A stretch of 64,000 nt of DNA, from the NCBI RefSeq assembly GCF_964355755.1, contig NC_092679.1:21373432-21437431 (forward strand), written 5' to 3'. This stretch comes from Antedon mediterranea (lineage: Eukaryota; Animalia; Echinodermata). Made by a program: the position numbers and the translations under genes. The notes under the pieces are model-generated. The model made no database searches and was not told the origin of the DNA. It saw only the letters and a program-made list of their open reading frames with translations. Within the stretch, counting starts at the first letter, position 1; every line of letters starts with the position of its first letter. Shown in pieces: positions 1-14,349 of this stretch.

Positions 1-85
1 CGATACATATTTAGTAGGTCACAGGTCAAAGTTTATGAAATATTGACCTGATACAGGGTAGTATGATATACTACTACTGTATTAA

Positions 86-711
86 AGACCCCTTCCCTGC
101 AATTTTGGACGTTTTTTGGAAAATAATACATATATATCACTTTAAAAACATTAAACCATGTCATTCCTCGTCTTAAATGTACGTTTTATGGTAAATTATG
201 ATAAAAAGTGAGAAACAATGCACTACCTAAGTAGCTCGCGGCGATCGACCTCTCGTGGACGGTCTCAGGCCTAGCCTAGCTAGGCTTAGTTTTGTAGGCC
301 TAGCTGGTAAACATCGGTAACGTACGAACATCGTACGCTAGCTATATACCTAGCCTGACGTTGTATAGTTGCTGCATTAATTGTCTTTCTATTTTTGCCA
401 GACTCCGTTGATACAAATTGGGGAAAACCCGGTATTTTCGCTGAAAAGTTAGGAGTCTTCCATTTGTTTTGGCTTCACGATCGATCGAAAAGTGGGCGAA
501 TTACAGGTGAAAAACAACAATATCAATCCGCGCGCAATGCATTTTGGGATTTATAGCGGGCCGCTATAATTATTAAAATCGATTTATTTTTCACATTTTT
601 AACCGTTTAAAGACGAAAAAAGTTATCGCAATAGGACCATATAGTATTATTTTTACATTAAATATAGTTTGTGATCTTAAATTAGATCTAAAAAACATAG
701 GGAATGGGGCT
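86..711. mobile_element. Non-autonomous DNA transposon, Kolobok-like
   Basis: TTAA flanks on both sides; imperfect TIRs agaccccttccct / agggaatggggct. Confidence 0.7.
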
Positions 712-3700
712 TTAAACAAAGAAATATTTCAGAATGTTGATACCAACTCAAAATAGTATCACAATGGGACATCACTAAAATAGTGCAGTTAAGAATCATT
801 AAACATTGCTTCAAGAGTTTCAGCTCTTTCTCTCTCAGAAAGAACAGGGCCTGTGTCAGTTTATCCAGGTAAGTTATGCACAAAACAGACTACCACAATT
901 AAACACTGCTGCATTTAAACAGAATACTGTAGTGTTTTAAATAATAAAATGTCAAGATACAGTAGATGTATACAAAAACAAGACATGCCCCTGGACATGA
1001 TTCTAAATAGTAAATCCTATGAATACAAACTAAAATGTTATGAATAAAGAATGCTGTAAGTATTGTAGCATTTTGCCTGAAACATTGCAGCTTAAAAAGC
1101 TACAGTAATGGGGATGATTATACAGTACACCGCTGCAGGAAAGAAATTAAAAAATTGGAAATAAATTCATATGTCACCTACGAGAAATGTGGGAAGGGGC
1201 ATAAACTTAACCACACAGGTCTTTAGTTTTGTACTGACAAACACACAGGCTCCCATCTTGGTTGAAATGCAGCCATGTAGTCTCTATAGCTTTTAACAAA
1301 CATTCCCGATCATTTCAACCATTGTAAAAATAACTAAAAAGCATAAGTGAAATAACAAACGAAGATAAAGAATCCTTTTTAAAACTAAGCAATTATCTTC
1401 CATGTTCAATGGATTGAGGATAAATTGTTTTTTACTTTTCACTATTATTGTTTTCAGCATGTACTGAATATTAAGCAGACTATCTAAGATTGAATCTCAG
1501 TTCTTCTCATTGCTGATTTTCCAATCTCTTCACTTCAAATCAATGTTCAATGGTTTAATGTTTCTCTTTATGCATTTCCAATTTAACTACACAAGGAGAC
1601 CTACATATTCTATGAAATTCTACCATCAAATATGCAATTAATAATTATGACTGCATACTATGGTATAAAACTAGACTCCTCAATATTCCCCAATAAATTA
1701 CATTAATAACTTAATATAAGCATTAATTTCTATGCTAAACATAGTTTGTAAACGTAATAAATTAATAAACAGACACTATTCTGTTGAAGAATGTCATAAT
1801 AATTTATGATTATTCATATTTCAGTGTTTATGTAGTACGAATTTTAACTCCATGTAATTTATAATTATTTAATGTATACAAAGTCCTAAGAATTTAATCA
1901 TACTAAAACCAGGTACTGTATATTATACTTAAAAGATAAAGAATGTTATTAGTAGGGGTGGTGAAATAGTAATATGGCTGAGTGGATAAAATATGGTCAA
2001 AACCATTCAAGCATTACAAGAGTTAGATCCGTAGCGTTAGTTAAGATGGGGTTTGTAGCGTGGCGTAGAGAGAGACCTGCCTAGTTTACATGCAAAGGTG
2101 TACGCCAGCCTTAGTACTGTACGTGTAAACACCCCTCAGCATTGTAGAAATTATACTGGGTAGACATGCAGATCTGAACTCATCAAGGAAAGAAGGAAAG
2201 AAGATTCTTTCCTAGTATTGGCCTGTACACGATCTTTTACATACTATTACTTTTAGACATAATTCGAATAATACTTAATAGCTTTACTACAGAGTATGTT
2301 TATTACATTAAAATGTTATCAGAGATATTAGTTGATTCATAAAGTAATAAATTATCAAATGTACTGATGACACTAGGCAGTCTGAATTGTCAAAATAATT
2401 TATTATAAATTCATAAACAAATGACGAGGTCCGTGAATTTAATTTATTAAATGCTAAAATCAGATAATTACGTGCAATTATGCTATTTATAATAATCTAT
2501 TACCAGACATTTAAACATAACTGTACAACAACCAGTCTACTGTATATTCCAATATGTATATTGATTCTTATATTAATAACAATATTGATTTTAATTACTG
2601 TATTCCAGGTACCTGTACAATACTACTATGCTGGTAATCTTTTAAATTTACAATGTTAAGCAATTTTATACGGATCTCTGAGACTAAAATAATTAGTATA
2701 TATATATTTTAAAGGACCATTCAACTTTAAAATTTTAACTGTAATATTGATTTCTTTCTTGCTTTATAATTTATGTTCAACAACAAATCAATAATACTGT
2801 AATAATAATAATACTGTCTGTGGAACATTCCATTATCAATATAGGTGTACAACTATTTCTAATTAACTATTGAATTTAAACTGTACTGTACTATGTTTAT
2901 AGAATGGGTGGTACTGTACTGCATACAATTGAACACAAACATTACTGTACTAATTGAGAAGGGGGAAGGGGAAGAGAAGCGATTCATTAAAACTGGACAG
3001 TGTAATACTATAATTTTATCAATTAATCCATGCCAGAATTAGTCAAATACTGTACATTTTTCCATCTTTTTTAAACTGTTAACTTCAGTTTACTATAGTT
3101 CAAATTTTAAACTTTTCAATGATTCCTATAAAACTAGTGTACAGTACATACTGTACTATTCCACTACACTTTAATAAATAATTTCATGGTATATTCTGCG
3201 TCATTGCAAACTAAAACGGATTATGAAGATTATGTTATCTTGGAACCGTTTTACAATGCCCGAGAGTGAAGAGATTTTATACAATGTTGCATTCAGACTA
3301 AAGGAATTTTAACTGTACCCAAACTTTGTAACACCCATTTTATGTGAACCATAAGCAACCAGGAAATGATTCAAATGTAATACTCAAATTACAAACCAAA
3401 ATCCAGTCATTTTCTTATACAGTTAAAAGTGTCATGCCTTCTGATTTTGAAAACATTTTTGATACAATTTTATTTTTATAGAAATGTTAAAAAGAGTTCT
3501 ATTGATAATAAAGTTAGAGTTTATTTTAACTAAGCTAAAGTACATCAATGTATACTTTTATATTGCAAGAAGTAAATTACCTCTGAGCCCCAATAAACAA
3601 ATATAGGCATAAATTCTAAATAACGCACAAAGAAATTACTGGAATTTCTACACAGTGTATATTTTGTGTTTCAAAAGGACATACTATACCACTTCTTATT

Positions 3701-6414
3701 AAAAGTACAACTACCTGTATACATTCTTTATGTTTTTTTGTTACAGTATTTTGGTATTTAAAAGGCATGTGAAGTACCTATTTAAATCCTTTTAAAATTG
3801 TATTTCAATCGTATCACAGTACACTGTACTGTTACATGTTTTTTAATGGTACTTTTATTGTTAGGTAAAAAGATCAATGGTTTAAATGAAGAAACCAATT
3901 GTATCTTTTTAAAATACCTGTAGTACTCTCAGTGGCGCTACAGTATGAGCACTAACTAGCTAAACCCAGATGAAAAAAACAGGCATTAAAATATGTCAAA
4001 AAGGGCTAAAAACGCTTGAGGCCTCCAGCGTTGGAGGGCCACTTAGGGTTCATACCATACTGATTACTCTGTACATTTCCAACTGGCAGTGTCATCATGA
4101 CAAAGTTTATGCAGGATTTAAAAAGCATTCTAAAAATGTTGTTATGTTTATGAAAAGTTCTATCAATCTTAGCTTTTTCCTTTAAATAAATCTTGTTGAA
4201 AAACCATTTTTGAAATAGCCCATTACATTCATATTCAAAGGGCGTGGCCTTATATAGCATTGGGTGAGCATACAGTATGTAAGGAAAAACCATTCTCAAA
4301 ATGGGTAGACAACCCTGGGTAAAACCAACTGAAAACTGTGTCAACAAAATTGACGTTTGTCATAACATAACTTGCGTAGGAAATCAAAACAAGTCGGTGA
4401 GAATCTCAATCTGGTATACCTCTCTTGCAAAAAATGATGTTGCACGCATGAATGAACATCAAAATAACAAGTTGGATATTAAATGTCGTTTCAGGTAGGC
4501 AGCCATTCACCCTTCTCAAATCACATTCCTTGTTGAATTGTTATATCTTTTCACATTAAAATTGAATAAAATACCAAACTATCGTACTTTACAAGCCTAC
4601 ACATTTTGCCTTAGGCATTCCAGTTGGCTATTAAAATTGTATTCAAACTTTAAAATGGGATGTTTATTATGAAAAGATCTTTATCAACCTAAGCCTTTTC
4701 TTTAAGAAATCCAAAGTAAACATTGTATACTAGGTTTCGACGAAAACAAAACATTTACATAATGGTCCTATACTGTTTGGTACTGTACATGTATACCGAC
4801 TACATACTGAAAATACTTTGTCTGTTTTTATTGCTTACAATTACATGTCTTGTATCAAGCTTTAGTTAATATCCAGCTTCAATGTGATTGTTTTTAAAAG
4901 CTTCATTCACATTATGACGTTCTATGGGGCCATGCCAACCTTTTTCTACCATGTTTATGTAATTTATGAACAATTAATTAACAATAACAGGTAAAGTTTT
5001 ATTAGTGTGCTTACAGAATCAGTCGCAAGAGGTTCTAGCGGCCACCAAAACATTATATTAAAAAGAAAGGTTCATCCCAATAAAAACTAAAAATAAAATC
5101 AAGCTCTTCAACCTTTTAAGTACCCAACTTTTACAGCAAGTTTAAGGTACAGTAAACAAATAGAGCAAAAAAAAAATACTGAAGGGAATAAAAAAATTGT
5201 TGGGCAACCAAATTTTAGACCTTGGTTGCCCTGTGGACAACCTAATTTGTTTGCATTCTGTGAACGCTGCAACGTGCAGTCAGCTTCTGTTCAAATGTAA
5301 AACTACAAAGACCATCTTTCATAAACAACAAGTCAACAGGTACTGTAGTAGGTTAGCTAAGGTAAAAGAATACACTTTAGAGGTATGGTTGATTTAATAA
5401 CAAAATATTCTGGCCTTCGTAAGAATTACATTGAACCATGCATAAGCAATGGGTACATTGCCATCACGTTCTCAAATTCCAAAAGTTCCAGAAATTACCG
5501 TAGCTAATTTTATTTTTAAAGACGGATCATTCAGTCTGACACCTTTTGTGGCCCATCAAGCAATCAGAAAACATGTAACATGCAGCAGTATTCAGAGGCC
5601 TACACTGATTATTAAGATGACGGAATCTGCCTCCTTAGGGCCTCAATCAATGTAGTCATGTACTGCACATCGTTGTAAGGTAATGTCTTCGCAAAAATCA
5701 ATTTTAATAAACTGTAGTTTGTTTCGTTAATTTAATTTAGGCTTTACTTGCTGCATGCAATACTACAGTATACATTTAATACTGTAGTACAGAAAATATT
5801 ATCGTAAATGATATATTTTTATTTTAAAACCACTATGAAACATACACAAAATTACTTCTATTTTGTTCACTATCTATATATTAATTACCTTATTGAAACC
5901 ACTTTAATGTATGCAATTCTAATTTCCTAACAAATTAAATAGTCTATCTCATCTGCAATTGGTCATGCCTCATTGAATCCAGCAATATGGATAGTTCATA
6001 CAATACTGTATTATAATATTATTATATGGCCAGGCAATCATTGACATTGATAATAAACTTATGGAATTATTAAATAATAATTCCTACCATTTATTTTTTA
6101 ACCCTTGACCTGTTTGACCAGAAGAGAAAATGGAAAAGTCTTAGTAGCAAAAGCACGCCCAAAGCTAAAGGAAAACCCACAGAGAATACCTTACATCTAA
6201 ATTCTTCTTCTTTACAGTTTAATTCTTAAAAATTCAAAATAGCATGATCAATGGAGAGTGTCAAATAATAAACACAATATTCGAGGTCAATCACTTTGGT
6301 AACAACTTAATTGACCTTTGGGAATTCTTATTACTGTAATAACATACTTTCACAGGTTTTTAAAATAATTTTCAGTTCTCCTTGGTTATATAGTGTAAGT
6401 ATAATTAAATACTA

Positions 6415-6537
6415 TTTGATGTGCCCATATATGGACATGATGATGTCATAATATCACTACCATATTTGGGTATACTACTACCATATTTGGGCACATACAC
6501 TTTTTTGTCAAACTAGTTTTATAGTGTAGACAGAGCT
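6415..6537. mobile_element. Harbinger-like MITE family 1 (other copies ~7095-7195, 10050-10216, 42027-42135, 45812-45943)
   Basis: Shared core gtgcccatatatggacatgatgatgtcatatcactaccatatttgggcacatc, terminus gtgtagacagagct. Confidence 0.75.
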
Positions 6538-6836
6538 TTAAACAGCCAGTGCCTTCCAATCTGGGTGGTTGCATTGGGCTGCTCATGATCTGTAGACAGT
6601 GACCACTCATATGGCACTGCAAACAGCTACTGGTGGGTATTAAAATAAGTTAGTACTTTATGGAATCCAGTGAGTGGTTAAAATAAGCCTTAGGCTGGAT
6701 GGGCAACTTAAAAGATGGATGTCCCCGCCCACTTTCGTCCAGAAAAATTACATACAAGAGTCTATTGATGGAAGGTAATTTACTAATAATAATAGGCTTA
6801 TACAATTTACATTTAAAACACAGATATCATACATAC

Positions 6837-6988
6837 CAATCTTTCTCCAGAAAGAACTTCTAAAAGACGTATCAACATGCGTCCATCTCGTAGATCTGTG
6901 TAAAGGTCGACGATACGACAGGACACGCGTTGCAAATGCGAATTCACCCATTTTGTGAACGTCTTCTTCTGTACCATTTCACGCTCAT
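6837..6988 (-). CDS. SPTBN1: Beta-spectrin CH1-domain exon (152 nt)
   Basis: ttttcag|AT GAG CGT...AGA TTG|gtatgt; contains [13 protein letters not shown] actin-binding CH signature. Confidence 0.96.
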
Positions 6989-9900
6989 CTGAAAAGATAA
7001 AAAAATCAAGTTCCTTAGAATACTATAGTTTTAATATATTTCACAGTGAAATAATAATTTTAAATATTTTGATTAGAAGTAGGAATATTAGGTTTAAGCT
7101 TTGTCTACAGTATGGACAAAATGATGATGTTGTCGTATCAGTACCATATTTGGGCACATCACAGTTCTTTTGTCAAACTAGTTTTATAGTTTAGTTAAAC
7201 TATAGTATACAAGTGATGATCATGAAAATTTATTCGATAATGAAATTTATTTGGAATGAAAATTGAATTTTAATTCCTTAAGGCCAATTTACACAGACAA
7301 GCAATAACGGTAATAAGAAATATAGAATCTATGTTATTCTTTATGACCATTTACACACAACACGATGGGACGGACTGTTTCCACTCAGGATAGATACAGA
7401 TTCTATGTGGGACAAGCTACACGGTTTTTCTGCTTACCGTTACCGCTTGTCTGTGTACAGTATAAATTGGCCTTAAGCCTTTTTTTTCCAATGCTAATAA
7501 TAATTTAATTTTTTTTAGTCAAATCAATTCAGTCATTTAAGGACTCCATAACGTGTCGCTTAATATGGGTGTCGCCTGAATAGAAGTGTACAACGGAAGT
7601 ACTGTCCATTGTAAAATAATACTGGCTGCTGTTTAATTACTCGTACTATAAAAGTGTTGCTAATCTTTAAGTTAAAAAGTAATGGTAGTCATAAAACGTT
7701 TACTGCTCCTACTGTAGCAGTGTACATTACATGTTAAACAACTATACAACTAATTTAATAGTTTTGTAGTGTACAGCATAGATCAGTATCAGTATACTGT
7801 ATGATTTATTAATACAGAGATTTAATGCCATTTCAATTTCAAATGGACAATTCAAAATGGGGAACCAAACAACATTTTTTATGTCTACGTGCAATCAAAT
7901 TACAGTGTACATTACATACAACTAATTTAATAGTTTTGTAGTGTACAGCATAGATCAGTATCAGTATACTGTATGATTTATTAATACAGAGATTTAATGC
8001 CATTTCAATTTCAAATGGACAATTCAAAATGGGGAACCAAACAACATTTTTTATGTCTACGTGCAATCAAATTACAGTGTACATTACATACAACTAATTT
8101 AATAGTTTTGTAGTGTACAGCATAGATCAGTATCAGTATACTGTATGATTTATTAATACAGAGATTTAATGCCATTTCAATTTCAAATGGACAATTCAAA
8201 ATGGGGAACCAAACAACATTTTTTATGTCTACGTGCAATCAAATTACAGTGTACATTACATACAACTAATTTAATAGTTTTGTAGTTATGTACAATATAG
8301 ATTAGTATGTCCAGTATATAATTTATAATATAACTGATTTAATACAAAGATATAATGCCATTTCATTTCCAAATGGACAATTCAAAATGGCGAACCCCAT
8401 AGCATTTTATTGTGGGTGCACTAAACCTGTTCAACATTGTATAATGCATAGTGATTCATTTAAGTCAATATTTGAATAGTATTGTTTGTTTGCAAGCCTT
8501 AAAATGAATGAATAGGACGAAACATACTGGACGTTGGCTCTCTGCCATGGACTCTGAACCTTTACTTAAACCCACTGTATGTACAATACTCTACTATCAA
8601 TACGCTGTCTAGTAAAAACGTTATCAACTTAAATAACGAGCTGAACAGCAGAACTTGGCCACTATGGATAGTGTCAATGGGTATACACCCAAAGCTTCCC
8701 TCCGAGTTAGTAAAACTCGGTGAAAAATCTTCCCTTGCGAACAATGGTAAACGGCAAAATAAAAAAAGATTCATAAAAACAGTTTTAACTGTATTACAAA
8801 CAATGTGACCGGTGAATTTTAAGTTGGAATGCCCCTTAACAATTAAACTCTTTGTTGAAGGAAAAAACTACTCCTGAGCTATTATAAAATGTTTTTTCTT
8901 TAAATTTAAATGTCTGATACGGTCTCCTACTGTAATAGCCCAGCATTCAAAGCCATAAAAATGAACGCAAACTGGATAATTAATTAGCAATTAATTTATT
9001 GTAACAAAGTAATCACATTATCAGGATAGATAATAAAAGAAGTTTACAGAAAGTAATTTTAAAAACTTACCCAGAATAAAAGATTTGGAGTCAAGACATA
9101 TAAGATGCCTCGACTCGCTGGACTCGGACATAGTGGATAAACAAATACAACAAGTAAAATGTTACAGTATCATATAAGAAAATCATAACACCATATATAG
9201 TATCTATGCCAAAGAGGTGACAACGAAAACTTACAATAAAGCCGGCAACTATTCTCTCCGCAAAAATTCAATAGTTTGGTGCTAGCTGGCATTTTTCAAA
9301 TCGTTTAAACGTGTGAAACCAAGTTTCATAAAATCTACAGAATGCGACGAAGGAAGAACGACACTGTTTGTGACTAGTGTCAAAGGTTTAGTGTGATATC
9401 GGAATCGTTCACATTTCAGTTCCGTCGGGAATTCGTAATGGTGATTTTGCATTCAATAAAGTGTTGTTATTAATGCTTTGACAACTTTTCTACAATTTGA
9501 AACAATTGAGCCTTTTTAATTATGCAAATTACTGTTTACCTCGATTTGAATGTGTTTATCAGTTGACCTTTGACCGCACTACTACCTTTATAAGAGTGTA
9601 GTCTAAAAAAGGTTATTCCAAAAATTTAATTATTCATTAATAATTTATTAATTAAAATTCTGTGGAAATATTAATTATAAATAATTATTTTTCTAAAATC
9701 AAAGCTTCTTATGGTAATTATAATTTTTCACATCTGGGAATTACAATTTTTTTGATGAGAGGTTTATACTGTAAGCATCGTCATACTGTAGCTAACCTTT
9801 TTTTTAATTTAAAGAAAATCTAAAAAAATTGGCAGATTTTATAAAAAAAAATAAAAATGTTATGAGGGAGGAGGTAGGAACAATTTGTAAACAATTTAAT

Positions 9901-12900
9901 TGGCCTAAAATATAGACGCAATTAAATCGGGGCGTGCCATAAGAATTGAATACTGTTTGTGGCATGAATACACTGTTTACAAGTGCTTCAAGTCAATAAG
10001 ATCATTGCGAAAATAATGTTTTAACCTTCAATCAAGAATAAAAAAAAAGAAGTCTACACTATCAAAGTTAACTGTGAGAAAACAAATGTGATGTGCCCAT
10101 ACTCTGTATGGACAATGATGATGTCATATCACTACCATATTTGGGTATACCCCTACCATATTTGGGCACATCACACTTTTTTTGTCAAACTAGTTTGATA
10201 GTGTAGACTGAGCTTAAGACAAAAATTATGGAATACAACTTGTCAATTCATTTAAAATCCAAAAAGATTAGAATCTTAAAATAACTAGCATATAGAAGTA
10301 GCCATTTAGTACTGCATTAATTGGTTAATACAAGACTCTTGCCTAAGGAGTACCTTGTTGAAAGAAAAATATGCTGATGTACACAAACCACAATTGTTCT
10401 TCATAGAATTCAAGACAGCAATGAAAAAGACATGATGAGCAATAGTTTTAGAATGCTGAATAATGGTGTGATGTTTAATCCACAAATATTTGAGTTATTT
10501 CATACACATTGAATAAGTTTAATATTAAATAGAATATTAAGTAGTAATAATCTATTGAGATAATGTTAAAGTATGATGATTTTGTTATGACTGTTGCCGT
10601 TTCATTTATTACAGATCCTGATAGCTTTTTTCAAGTTTATGAAAGTTAAATTTAAAGTTGTACACTATTTAAAACATTTTACTTTTAAATATCGATACAC
10701 ATTAGTATCGGTATCAATTTTAATATTCTCAATTTTTATGCATGAAATAGGCCTAACTCAATAATAAATAAAATACTTTTCATTGAGTTACTGTAGGCCT
10801 ATTTCATGCATAAAAATTGAGAATATTAAAAACTACGACTGACAGTATCTCAAGACAACTTGTCTCATCGGGATTCAACTCAGTCAGCACCGACGAGTCA
10901 AGATGCCTTTTCGTACGTAGCTATATGAGTTAGCCTTAAAGTTGGCTTGCAATTTCAATGCAATGACCAGATTTATTTAGGCTAAAATGTTAAAGCCTCA
11001 GTTACAATCTGATATTGTGTTCAATTATACAGTTGAACAGACTTGAATGGAGTGCAATGAAGCCATACAGTGAGTTAGGTGATACAGATCAATAGCTTAT
11101 ACAAGACTACACATCAATATTAAAATATACCAACATTCATTGGTGTTCTTGTTGACAAGTGCAATTCACACAGTAACAATACCATGGAGGCATCAACCCA
11201 ATACAAGTGGTTGAATATGATGATAGAGCTGTGTTAACTTGGGCACAGAGGGTCCTACCAAGTCAATTATAATCAGTATGTGTAAATCATACAAAATAGG
11301 ATATACTATTTACAGTGTAATCTAATAATTTCATTCTCATCAATAAAATTATACTTTTTTTTACATACTGATATTGTCATAAAAAATGTGAAAATGTAAA
11401 ATATGTTTTAATAATCGAGTTAACATTTTATTTGCCGTCATATGTCAATGTAAACATACCGTAGGCAGGTCTACTACCCTAGTAGTTGACGCAATACATA
11501 CGATTCTTGAGGCTAATCAATTATTTAACTTTTTTACGGCAAAATATGATTTTGCTGATGAAAATTCAACTAACAATCTAATATCCTATTTTGTGTAATT
11601 TGCATTTGTGAGTGGAACTTAATAGTTATAATTGATATGACTTGGTGGGGCTTGGTATTTAGGAGGACCCGAGCATGTACAGTATTCTGTTGACGGCCAA
11701 AGAAAACTCCATGGCTTTTGTACATTCAATTTTTTGGCCGCTGTGTTCACATTCCCAAAGTTTTGTACACAATCAAAAATGTATTCTAAAAACAGTCACT
11801 ACACACATTTTTTATCAGCTAAAATTAAAATGTGATTCAATTTAATTCCAATTTCAATTTGTATAGTAGTAATATTCTCTATTTAAAAAAAAAAATAATA
11901 TTAATAATTTATTGATGTGCAATGATCAACTTTAAAAACTGTTTCTATGATCGAGTCTACATTTATTCTGTATTTTCAGTTACCATAGCTCTATTTGTCC
12001 AAAATGTACAAATTGAAACTGCCAATAGCACATACGAATGATCAGCATTTAAGATTAACCAAACAGAACACATTTCAATGGCAGGCAAAGCTGTTGTGTC
12101 TGGTGGAAGCCATTGTAATCTCTTCTGAATAGACAGATTTAAAGAACAATATGGTAAAGAGAAAGCCTCCAGTACTAGAAGTCTGAAGAGTCTTTTTCTA
12201 TTGATCAAAGTACAGTGTATTCAATAGTTCTTTTATTAGGATTTTTATTGAATAATTTAAGGTGTAAAGCTGAAAACAAACACAGTTAGGTAAAGACTGT
12301 TAATTGTATGATTCAAAATTCTGATCCACTAGTAAGGTAAAGTTTGCAGACTCTTAATTACATCTTACACTATGTTTCTTAAATGGAAGTTTTTGGTTGT
12401 TAATGCTACAAGCATCCTGGAGTATTTTATAGCATAAAACCGAAATGAAATCAAGATACTGTATTCTCATACTTTACTTGGCCTTGGAGAGTCTTGGTTC
12501 AAATCATTGTACAGTACATATCGTTATTCCAAACCTTTACAGTAATATACAATACTGTATACTAGCCAAATTTAGGTCATAAAACCTTGTTTTATTAATA
12601 GAATGGGTCATACAGATACAAATTACCATACATTCTACATGGTGAAATAATAATAAACCAAGCCCCCTTTTTTTCAGTTTGGGCAGTTTTAGCATTACAC
12701 CAATTTTGTTTTGGTTTTGGTGGGAAAAAAATCGTGAAAATTACCACCAACTTCCCTTTGCTAATGAAATACATCCAGATATCCAAAGGGAAAACATCAG
12801 AATACGGATGAAAATGATTAAGACGGCGTGATTCACTGGCAAAAAACCGAGTAAGATAACAGAAACCATGCATGATTCACTGGCGAAACATTGAATACGA

Positions 12901-13274
12901 TAACAGTCAACATATGCCGTTTCCTTCCAACTGTTTACTTATAATGCAAAGTATTCAAATGTACTATAAACTTCATTGACTGAATTATTATTTTTTGCTT
13001 TTCTTCTTTGTAATACTATGTAGCATCAGGCCACTGCTTGCATGTTTCACATTCATTATCTACAGTACTGTACCTTAATCACTTATCCACCTACTCAGAG
13101 CCGTTGATCTATAACTATAAGAATACCTTTAATAATATTGATTTAATAATTTATTTCATCTTTATAACATATCTCACCTGCAAGAGCTTTAATCCTAGAG
13201 CGCTCGAACAGCTTGGCGCCCCCTTCATCATTATAATCCACGTCTGCGTTCCTATAGTCCGCCTCAACAGACAT
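6837..13274 (-). CDS. SPTBN1: Beta-spectrin (non-erythroid/beta-G type), 5' part; coding exons 13274-13178 and 6988-6837; gene continues left beyond the window
   Basis: Spliced translation [32 protein letters not shown]|[51 protein letters not shown] matches the beta-spectrin N-terminus and CH1 start; canonical GT-AG sites, phase 1 junction consistent. Symbol given by homology to the vertebrate gene. Confidence 0.95.
7282..7472. mobile_element. MITE with long TIRs
   Basis: ttaa-ggccaatttacacagacaagc ... gcttgtctgtgta(cagtata)aattggcc-ttaa. Confidence 0.8.
7720..8400. repeat. 172-bp tandem repeat, about 3 near-identical copies plus a degenerate one
   Basis: Identical ORFs at 7839 and 8011 offset by 172 bp; direct reading of the units. 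Confidence 0.95.
9071..9131 (-). CDS. Candidate alternative first coding exon of beta-spectrin ([20 protein letters not shown])
   Basis: ATG-initiated 61-nt open frame ending CTGG|gtaagt; phase 1 matches the CH1 exon. Confidence 0.55.
9235..9292 (-). CDS. Candidate alternative first coding exon of beta-spectrin ([19 protein letters not shown])
   Basis: aaaaATG context, 58-nt open frame ending TATT|gtaagt; phase 1 matches the CH1 exon. Confidence 0.55.
10050..10216. mobile_element. Harbinger-like MITE family 1 copy
   Basis: gtctacactatcaaa ... tttgatagtgtagac inverted ends and family core. Confidence 0.75.
10718..10831. repeat. Inverted repeat (hairpin) with ~45-bp arms
   Basis: ttttaatattctcaatttttatgcatgaaataggcctaactcaat ... 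attgagtta(ctgta)ggcctatttcatgcataaaaattgagaatattaaaa. Confidence 0.9.
13178..13274 (-). CDS. SPTBN1: Beta-spectrin first coding exon (exon acceptor at 13291)
   Basis: ATG at 13274; encodes ...[12 protein letters not shown]; GCAG|gtgaga donor; pyrimidine tract plus cag acceptor just upstream. Confidence 0.93.
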
Positions 13275-14349
13275 ACTGCCTTTTTGTTATTCTGATGATG
13301 AAGAAAAAATATAAAATTGGTTAGGAATTAGAGTACATTAAAAATACTAAACTAAAAGAAAAATAACAATAAAAATCAAATTCACATTTATTCAATTTCA
13401 ACTTTACACTAAGGTGCAGTATTGGACTAAGCACAAAAAAAAAGCAAAATATACCATCCATTTAAATCTAGTTAATTGTGCAAACTTTAGTTTAATAATG
13501 TTTTATTTCACTATACTACAACAACGTACTGTGTATATTTAGAAAATTGTGCAGCAGCACAGATGATGTCTAGCTTACACTACAGTACACTGTAGAATTA
13601 TATTCCCTGGCAAGGTATATGATTGTTCATTTTCAAACATGTCAACTTTATTGTCAAAATAAATAAATAAAAACTTCTCGAAAATCACAATAGGTGACCT
13701 GCATCATCCCGCAATAACATTAACAATACATATTGTTATATTAATAGTAAAGTACCCTAGATGCATTCATTTATAATACCATTATATTTTAACCAAACTG
13801 TAAAAGCTCACTTTGAACAAGTTTATAGACCTATCAAATATTTCTGTATATATAGTTGACTACATTTTAATGTTATCAATATGTTACAGAGATACAGTGT
13901 TATTTGCAGACTAACAATCAATACACCAAGTACAGTATACAGCAGCACTAGCATAATTAGATTGAACTGGAATATTCAGGGGCGATGATTATCATAATCT
14001 ATTATTACATAAAAAGTGTGAATAGGCCTTTGGAAAATGACACACTTGAGCGAGCACCACAACAGGTGAATTGGTGCACACTGCTGTAATGCATTCTTGA
14101 CGAAGGTCAAAATGTTTCAATGGTAGCATTTAAAAGTCACATCAAATGTTATATACTTTATATTAAATTTATGTGTAAACTGTAAATGCACATTATGTAC
14201 CTATAGTATGCAGTACCACATTTCAATTTTTTGTTATAAACCAAACAGTGGAGTAATAAAATAGATTTTGGATGAATTGCAAATTGTACAGCAGTTCAGT
14301 CTCCTAAAACATCCAAAAGTATAGTAGTTAGTACACGGTGAATGTGATT

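Noticed and set aside
677-5655. Short ORFs as further spectrin exons
   Set aside because: No match to the expected next exon (PKPTKG.MRIH.LENV), which probably lies left of the window
7839-8238. Two identical 75-aa ORFs
   Set aside because: Artefact of the 172-bp tandem repeat inside a spectrin intron
8528-8774. Possible third alternative spectrin exon (minus strand, gtatgt donor at 8527)
   Set aside because: The phase-1 frame contains TAA; the nearest ATG gives phase 0, incompatible with the next exon
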